From the NCBI RefSeq assembly GCF_009914755.1, contig NC_060933.1: a DNA stretch of 64,000 bases; one strand, given 5' to 3'. Origin of the DNA: the human T2T-CHM13v2.0 reference genome, Homo sapiens. A program made the translations under genes and the position numbers. Numbering within the stretch: the stretch's first letter is position 1; each line of letters begins with the position of its first letter. The notes beneath the pieces were generated by a model. That model had not been told where the DNA came from and did not search any database. It worked only from the letters and a program-made list of their open reading frames with translations. This document shows positions 55,401 through 64,000 of this stretch, piece by piece.

Positions 55401-57832
55401 TCCATTGCATTCCATTCCATTCCATTCCCTTGTACTCGGGTTGATTCCATTCCATTGCATTCCAATCCATGCCATTCCACTCGTGTTGATTCCATTCTTT
55501 CCATTCCATTCAAGTTGAATCCATTCCATTGCATTCCATTCCATTCGATTCCATTCGATTGCACTCGGGTTGATTCCATTCCATTGCATTCCATTCCATT
55601 CCATTCCATTGCATTCCATTCCATTCCGTTACATTCCATTTCATTACATTCAGATTGATTCTATTCAATTCCCTTACACTCCATTATATTCCAATCCATT
55701 CTGGTTGTTTCCATTCCATTCCATTCCATTTCACTCCATTCCATTGCACTCGGGTTGATTCCATTCCATTCCATTCCATTGCATTCCATTACATTCCATT
55801 CCGGATGATTCCATTCCATTGCATTCCATTCCATTCCATTCCCCTGCACTTGGGTTGATTCCATTCCATTCCATTACATTACATTCCGTTCCATTCCATT
55901 CCATTCCATTCGGATTGATTCTATTCAATTCCCTTACACTCGATTACATTCCATTCCATTCGGGTAGTTTCCATTCCATTCCATTCCATTCCTCTCCATT
56001 CCTTTGCTCTCGGGTGGATTCCATTCCATTCCATTCCATTCCATTCCATTCCATTGCATTCCATTCCATTGTACTCGGGTTGATTCCATTCCATTGCATT
56101 CCATTCCTTTCCATTCCATTCCATTCCATTCCATTCCATTCCGTTCCATTCCATTACATTCGGATTGATTCTATTCAACTCCCTTACTCTCCATTACATT
56201 ACATTCCATTCGGGTTGTTCCATTCCATTCCATTCCATTCCACTCCATTCCATTGCAGTCGGGTTGATTCCATTCCATTCCATTCCATTCCATTCCATTC
56301 CATTCCATTCCATTCCATTCCATTCCATTCCGTTCCATTTCGTTCCACTCCATTCTATTCCGTATCATTCCATTCCATTCCATTCCATTCCATTCCATTC
56401 CATTCCATTGTACTCGGGTTGATTCAATTCCGTTGCATTCCATTCCATTCCATTCCATTCCATTCCGTTGCATTCCATTCCATTACATTCGGATTGATTC
56501 TATTCAACTCCCTTACTCTCCATTACATTCCATTCCATTCGGGTTGTTCCATTCCATTCCATTCCATTCCACTCCATTCCATTGCTCTCGGGTTGATTCC
56601 ATTCCATTCCATTCCATTCCATTCCATTCCGGATGATTCCATTCCATTGCATTCCGTTCCATTACATTCCCCTGCACTCGCGTTGATTCCATTCCATTCC
56701 ATTCCATTCCATTCAATTCCATTCCATTACAATTCGTTCCATTCCATTCTATTCTGTACCATTCCATTCCATTCCATACCATTCCATTCCATTCCATTCC
56801 ATTCCATTCCATTCCGTTCCAATCCGTTCCATTCCATTCCATTCCATTCTATTCGGATTAATTCCATTCTATTCCATTCCATTCCATTCTATTCCATTCC
56901 ATTGCAATCGAGTTGAATCCATTGCATTTCATTCCATTCCATTCCATTCCATTCCATTCCGGAAGATTCCATTCCATTGCATTCCATTCCATTCCATTCC
57001 CCTGCACTCGCGTTGATTCCATTCCATTCCATTCCATTCCATTCCATTCCATTCCGTTCCGTTCCGTTCCATTCCATTCCATTCCATTCCATTCCATTGC
57101 ATTACGTTCCGTTCCGTTCCGTTCCATTCCATTCCATTCCATTCTATTCGGGTTAATTCCATTCCATTCCATTCGATTGCAATCGAGTTGATTCCATTCC
57201 CTAACATTCCATTCCATTCCATTCCATTCCATTCCCTTCCATTCCATTACGGATGATTCCATTCCATTGCATTCCATTCCATTCCATTCCCCTGTACTCC
57301 GGTTGATTCCATTCCATTCCTATTCCAAACCATGCCATTCCACTCGTGTTGATTCCATTCTTTCCATTCCATTCAAGTTGAATCCATTCCATTGCATTCC
57401 ATTCCATTCGATTCCATTCGATTGCACTCGGGTTGATTCCATTCCATTGCAATCCATTCCATTCCATTCCATTGCATTCCATTCCATTCCGTTCCATTCC
57501 ATTCCATTACATTCGTATTGATTCCATTCAATTCCTTTACACTCCATTACATTCCATTCCATTCGGGTAGGTTTCATTCCATTCCATTCCATTCCTCTCC
57601 ATTCCATTGCACTAGGGTTGATTCCATTCCATTGCATTCCATTCCATTCCATTCCATTCCATTCCATTCCATTCCATTCCATTCCATTACGTATGATTCC
57701 ATTCCATTGCATTCCATTCCATTCCATTCCCCTATACTCGGGTTGATTCCATTCCATTCCATTCCAATCCATGCCATTCCACTCGTGTTGATTCCATTCT
57801 TTCCATTCCATTCAAGTTGAATCCATTCCATT
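49482..57832 (-). repeat. 8270-bp tandem duplication, copy 2
   Basis: Near-identical to copy 1, with about eight substitutions and one 5-bp indel found by eye. Identity ends at ~57832. Confidence 0.95.
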
Positions 57833-58789
57833 ACATTCCATTCCATTCGATTCCATTCTATTGCACTCGGGTTGATTCCATTCCATTGCATTCCATTCCA
57901 TTCCATTCCATTCCATTCCGTTCCATTCCATTTCATTACATTCAGATTGATTCTATTCAATTCCCTTACACTCCATTATATTCCAATCCATTCTTGTTGT
58001 CTCCATTCCATTCCATTCCATTTCACTACATTCCATTGCACTCGGGTTGATTCCATTCCATTGCATTCCATTCCATTCCATTCCATTCCATTCCATTCCA
58101 TTCCATTCCATTCCGTTCCATTCCATTTCATTACATTCAGATTGATTGTATTCAATTCACTTACACTCCATTATATTCCAATCCATTCTGGTTGTCTCCA
58201 TTCCATTCCATTCCATTTCACTCCATTCCATTGCACTCGGGTTGATTCCATTCCATTCCATTCCATTGCATTCCATTCCTTTCCATTCCGGATGATTCCA
58301 TTCCATTGCATTCCATTCCATTCCATTCCCCTGCACTCGGGTTGATTCCATTCCATTCCATTACATTACATTCCGTTCCATTCCATTCCATTCCATTCGG
58401 ATTGATTCTATTCAATTCCCTTACACTCCATTACATTCCATTCCATTCGGGTAGTTTCCATTCCATTCCATTCCATTCCTCTCCATTCCATTGCACTCGG
58501 GTTGATTCCATTCCATTCCATTCCATTCCATTCCATTCCATTCCATTACATTCCATTCCATTCCATTCCGTTCCATTGTACTCGGGTTGATTCCATTCCA
58601 TTGCATTCCATTCCATTCCATTCCATTCCATTCCATTCCATTCCGTTCCATTCCATTACATTCGGATTGATTCTATTCAACTCCCTTACTCTCCATTCCA
58701 TTCCATTGCACTCGGGTTGATTCCATTCCATTCCATTCCATTCCATTCCATTCCGTTCCGTTCCATTCCATTCCATTCCATTCTATTCG

Positions 58790-61700
58790 GGTTAATTCCA
58801 TTCCATTCCATTCCATTCCAATCGAGTTGATTCCATTCCATTCCATTCGATTCCATTCCACTCCATTCCAGTCCTTTCCATTCCATTCCACTCGGGTTGA
58901 TTCCAATGTATTCCTTTCCATTCCATTCCATTCCATTGCAATCGAGTTGATTCCATTGCTTTGCATTCCATTCCATTCCATTCCATTCCGGATGATTCCA
59001 TTCCATTGCATTCCATTCCATTCCATTCTCCTGCACTCGGGTTGATTCCATTCCATTCCACTCCATTCCGTTCCATTCCATTCCATTCCATTGTATTCGG
59101 GTTAATTCCATTCCATTCCATTCCATTCCATTCCATTCCATTACAATCGAGTTGATTCCATTCCATTCCATTCCATTCCAGTCCTTTCCATTCCATTCCA
59201 CTCGGGTTGATTCCATTCTATTAGTTTCCATTCCATTCCATTCCCTTCCATTACACTCTGGTTGATACCATTCCTTTCCATTCCACTCGAATACATTCCC
59301 TCCTATTCCACTCGGAACGATTCCATTCCATTCCATTCCATTCCATTCCATTCCATTCCATTCCATTCCATTTCGTTCCATTCCATTCTATTCCGTATCA
59401 TTCCATTCCATTCCATTCCATTCCATTCCATTCCATTCCATTCCATTCCATTCCATTGTACTCGGGTTGATTCAATTCCGTTGCATTCCATTCCATTCCA
59501 TTCCATTCCATTCCGTTGCATTCCATTCCATTACATTCGGATTGATTCTATTCAACTCCCTTACTCTCCATTACATTCCATTCCATTCGGGTTGTTCCAT
59601 TCCATTCCATTCCATTCCACTCCATTCCATTGCACTCGGGTTGATTCCATTCCATTCCATTCCATTCCATTCCATTCCATTCCGGATGATTCCATTCCAT
59701 TGCATTCGGTTCCATTACATTGCCCTGCACTCGCGTTGATTCCATTCCATTCCATTCCATTCCATTCCTTTCAATTCCATTCCATTACAATTCGTTCCAT
59801 TCCATTCTATTCCGTACCATTCCATTCCATTCCATACCATTCCATTCCATTCCATTCCATTCCATTCCATTCCATTCCGTTCCGTTCCATTCCGTTCCAT
59901 TCCATTCCATTCCATTCCATTCCATTCCATTCCATTCCATTGTACTCGGGTTGATTCAATTCCTTTGCATTCCATTCCATTCCATTCCATTCCATTCCAT
60001 TCCATTCCATTCCGTTGCATTCCATTCCATTACATTCGGATTGATTCTATTCAACTTCCTTACTCTCCATTACATTCCTTTCCATTCGGGTTGTTCCATT
60101 CCATTGCATTCCCTTCCATTCCATTCCATTCCATTCCATTCCATTCCTTTCCGTTCCATTCCATTCCATTCCCTTCCATTCCGTTCCGTTCCATTCCATT
60201 CTACTCCATTCTATTCGGGTTAATTCCATTCCATTCCATTCGATTGCAATCGAGTTGATTCCTTTCCATTCCATTCCATTCCATTCCATTCCATTCCTTT
60301 CCATTCCTTTCCATTCCATTACTGATGATACCATTCCATGGCATTCCATTCCATTCCATTCCCCTGTACTCTGGTTGATTCCATTCCATTCCATTCCAAT
60401 CCATGCTATTCCACTCGTGGTGATTCCATTCTTTCCATTCCATTCAAGTTGAATCCTTTCCATTGCATTCCATTGCATTCGATTCCATTCGATTGCACTC
60501 GGGTTGATTCCATTCCATTGCATTCCATTCCATTCCATTGCATTCCATTCCATTCCATTCCATTCCATTCCGTTCCATTCCATTTCATTACATTCAGATT
60601 GATGCTATTCAATTCCCTTACACTCCATTATATTCCATCCATTCTGGTTGTTTCCATTCCATTCCATTCCATTTCACTCCATTCCATTGCACTCGGGTTG
60701 ATTCCATTCCATTCCATTCCATTGCATTCCATTCCATTCCATTCCGGATGATTCCATTCCATTGCATTCCATTCCATTCCATTCCCCTGCACTCGTGTTG
60801 ATTCCATTCCATTCCATTCCATTCCATTCCATTCCATTCCATTCCATTCCATTCGGATTGATTCTATTCAATTCCCTTACACTCCATTACATTCCATTCC
60901 ATTCGGGTAGTTTCCATTCCATTCCATTCCATTCCTCTCCATTCCATTGCACTCGGGTTGATTCCATTCCATTCCATTCCATTCCATTCCATTCCATTCC
61001 ATTCCATTCCATTCCGTTCCATTGTACTCGGGTTGATTCCATTCCATTGCTTTCCATTCCATTCCATTCCATTCCAATCGATTTGATTCCATTCCATTCC
61101 ATTCCATTCCATTCCACTCCATTCCAGTCCTTTCCATTCCATTCCACTCGGGTTGATTCCAATGTATTCCTTTCCATTCCATTCCATTCCATTGCAATCG
61201 AGTTGATTCCATTGCTTTGCATTCCATTCCATTCCATTCCATTCTGGATGATTCCATTCCATTGCATTCCATTCCATTCCATTCCCCTGCACTCGGGTTG
61301 ATTCCATTCCATTCTACTCCATTCCGTTCAATTCCATTCCATTCCATTGTATTCGGGTTAATTCCATTCCATTCCATTCCATTGCATTCCATTCCATTCC
61401 ATTACAATCGGGTTGATTCCATTCCATTCCATTCCATTCCAGTCCTTTCCATTCCATTCCACTCGGGTTGATTCCATTCTATTAGTTTCCATTCCATTCC
61501 CTTCCCTTCCATTCCACTCTGGTTGATACCATTCCTTTCCATTCCACTCGAATACATTCCCTCCTATTCCACTCGGAACGATTCCATTCCATTCCATTCC
61601 ATTCCATTCCATTCCATTTCGTTCCATTCCATTCTATTCCGCATCATTCCATTCCATTCCATTCCATTCCATTCCATTACATTCCATTGTATTCCATTCC

Positions 61701-63300
61701 GTTCCATTGTCCTCGGGTTGATTCCATTCCATTGCATTCCATTCCATTCCATTCCATTCCATTGCATTCCATTCCATTCCGTTCCATTCCATTACATTCG
61801 GATTGATTCTATTCAACTCCCTTACTCTCCATTTCATTCCATTCCATTCGGGTTGTTCCATTCCATTCCATTCCATTCCACTCCTTTCCATTGCACTCGG
61901 GTTGATTCCATTCCATTCCATTCCATTCCATTCCATTCCATTCCGGATGATTCCATTCCATTGCATTCCGTTCCATTCGATTCCATTCCATTCCAATTCT
62001 TTCCATTCCATTCTATTCCGTACCATGCCATTCCATTCCGTACAATTCCATTCCATTCCATTCCACTCCGTTCCGTTCCGTTCCGTTCCGTTCCGTTCCA
62101 TTCCATTCCATTCCATTCTATTCGGGTTAATTCCATTCCATTCCATTCGATTGCAATCGAGTTGATTCCATTCCATTCCATTCCATTCCATTCCATTCCA
62201 TTCCATTCCATTCCTTTCCATTCCATTACGGATGATTCCATTGCATTGCATTCCATTCCATTCCATTCCCCTGTACTCGGGTTGATTCCATTCCATTCCA
62301 TTCCAATCCATGCCATTCCACTCGTGTTGATTCCATTCTTTCCATTCCATTCAAGTTGAATCCATTCCATTGCCTTCCATTCCATTCCATTCCCCTGCAG
62401 TCGGGTTGATTCCATTCCATTCCATTCCATTCCATTCCATTCCATTCCATTACGTTCCGTTCCATTCCATTCCATTCCATTCTATTCGGGTTAATTCCAT
62501 TCCGTTCCATTCCATTCCATTCCAATCGATTTGATTCCATTCCATTCCATTCCATTCCATTCCACTCCATTCCAGTCCATTCCATTCCATTCCACTCGGG
62601 TTGATTCCAATGTATTCCTTTCCATTCCATTCCATTCCATTGCAATCGAGTTGATTCCATTGCTTTGCATTCCATTCCATTCCATTCCATTCCGGATGAT
62701 TCCATTCCATTGCATTCCATTCCATTCCATTCCCCTGCACTCGGGTTGATTCCATTCCATTCTACTCCATTCCGTTCCATTCCATTCCATTCCATTGTAT
62801 TCGGGTTAATTCCATTCCATTCCATTCCATTGCATTCCATTCCATTCCATTACAATCGAGTTGATTCCATTCCATTCCATTCCATTCCATTCCACTCCAT
62901 TCCAGTCCTTTCCATTCCATTCCACTCGGGTTGATTCCATTCTATTAGTTTCCATTCCATTCCCTTCCCTTCCATTCCACTCTGGTTGATACCATTCCTT
63001 TCCATTCCACTCGAATACATTCCCTCCTATTCCACTCGGAACGATTCCATTCCATTCCATTCCATTCCATTCCATTCCATTCCATTCCATTTCGTTCCAT
63101 TCCATTCTATTCCGCATCATTCCATTCCATTCCATTCCATTCCATTCCATTCCATTCCATTGTACTCGGGTTGAATCAATTCCATTGCATTGCATTCGAT
63201 TCCATTCCATTCCATTCCGTTGCATTCCATTCCATTACATTCGGATTGATTCTATTCAACTCCCTTACTCTCCATTACATTCCATTCCATTCGGGTTGTT
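58790..63300 (-). repeat. Three older related units (spacing ~2.26 kb and ~1.46 kb) carrying the GATACC...CTCGAATACATTCCCTCCTATTCCACTCGGAACG module
   Basis: The module occurs at ~59262, ~61523 and ~62986 (ORF string MIPFLSIPLEYIPSYSTRND). The copies are more diverged from one another than those of the central duplications. Confidence 0.8.
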
Positions 63301-64000
63301 CCATTCCATTCCATTCCATTCCATTCCACTCCATTCCATTGCACTCGGGTTGATTCCATTCCATTCTATTCCATTCCATTCCATTCCATTCCATTCCGGA
63401 TGATTCCATTCCATTGCATTCCGTTACATTACATTCCCCTGCACTCGCGTTGATTCCATTCCATTCCATTCCATTCCATTACAATTCGTTCCATTCCATT
63501 CTAATCCGTACCATTCCATTCCATTCCATTCCATTCCATACCATTCCATTCCATTCCATTCCATTCCATTCCGTTCCATTCCATTCCATTCCATTCTATT
63601 CGGATTAATTCCATTCCATTCCATTCCATTCCATTCTATTCCATTCCATTGCAATCGAGTTGAATCCATTGCATTTCATTCCATTCCATTAAATTCCATT
63701 CCATTCCAGAAGATTCCATTCCATTGCATTCCATTCCATTCCATTCCCCTGCACTCGCGTTGATCCCATTCCATTCCATTCCATTCCATTCCATTCCATT
63801 CCGTTCCGTTCCATTCCATTCCATTCCATTCAATTCCATTCCGTTCCGTTCCATTCCATTCCATTCCATTCTATTCGGGTTAATTCCATTCCATTCCATT
63901 CGATTGCAATCGAGTTGATTCCATTCCATTCCATTCCATTCCATTCCATTCCATTCCTTTCCATTCCATTTCAGATGATTCCATTCCATTGCATTCCATT

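Larger units (their letters stand above)
11188..64000 (-). repeat. Satellite III (HSat3) array, inverted orientation (ATTCC on +)
   Basis: Seen: continuous (ATTCC)n with ACTCGGGTTG, ATTCGGGTTA and TCGAGTTG modules. These are the reverse complements of the modules in 1-11192. I saw no further strand switch up to 64000. Confidence 0.97.

Noticed and set aside
275-63989. Hundreds of ORFs up to 393 aa (MEWNG / IPFHS repeats)
   Set aside because: (GGAAT)3 translates as MEWNG and (ATTCC)3 as IPFHS, with no stop codon in any frame. The ORFs overlap in all six frames and show no domain or codon structure. They were useful only as alignment markers.
1-64000. CRISPR-like alternation of conserved modules and spacers
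   Set aside because: The 'spacers' are pure pentamer runs rather than unique sequences, spacing is irregular, and there are no cas genes.

Overview
The whole 64 kb is primate (most likely human) pericentromeric satellite III (HSat3). It is diverged (GGAAT)n/(ATTCC)n pentamer DNA punctuated by a small vocabulary of variant modules (CAACCCGAGT, CAACTCGATTGC, CATCCGG, TAAGGGAGTTGAATAG and others). A 9q12-type array (HSat3B5/D9Z3) is plausible but not proven. I see no genes, RNA genes, transposons or CRISPR arrays, and every ORF in the track is an artefact of the stop-free pentamer. The real structure is as follows. (1) There is one strand inversion at 11188-11192, with GGAAT on + to the left and ATTCC on + to the right. 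It has a 5-bp ACTCG microhomology inside a 28-bp quasi-palindrome, and small rearrangements on both sides. (2) Two young, near-identical tandem duplications (about 7.68 kb and 8.27 kb) are nested in an older mosaic that includes a ~23.5 kb paralogy. (3) More diverged layers lie around the junction and at the right end. (4) About 27 perfect three-unit heat-shock elements (nGAAnnTTCnnGAAn) are built by one recurring variant module. I found no new protein-coding system. The most testable idea is an HSF1 site lattice on two convergently oriented G-rich arms meeting at the inversion. All counts and identities were made by eye and need confirming by alignment.
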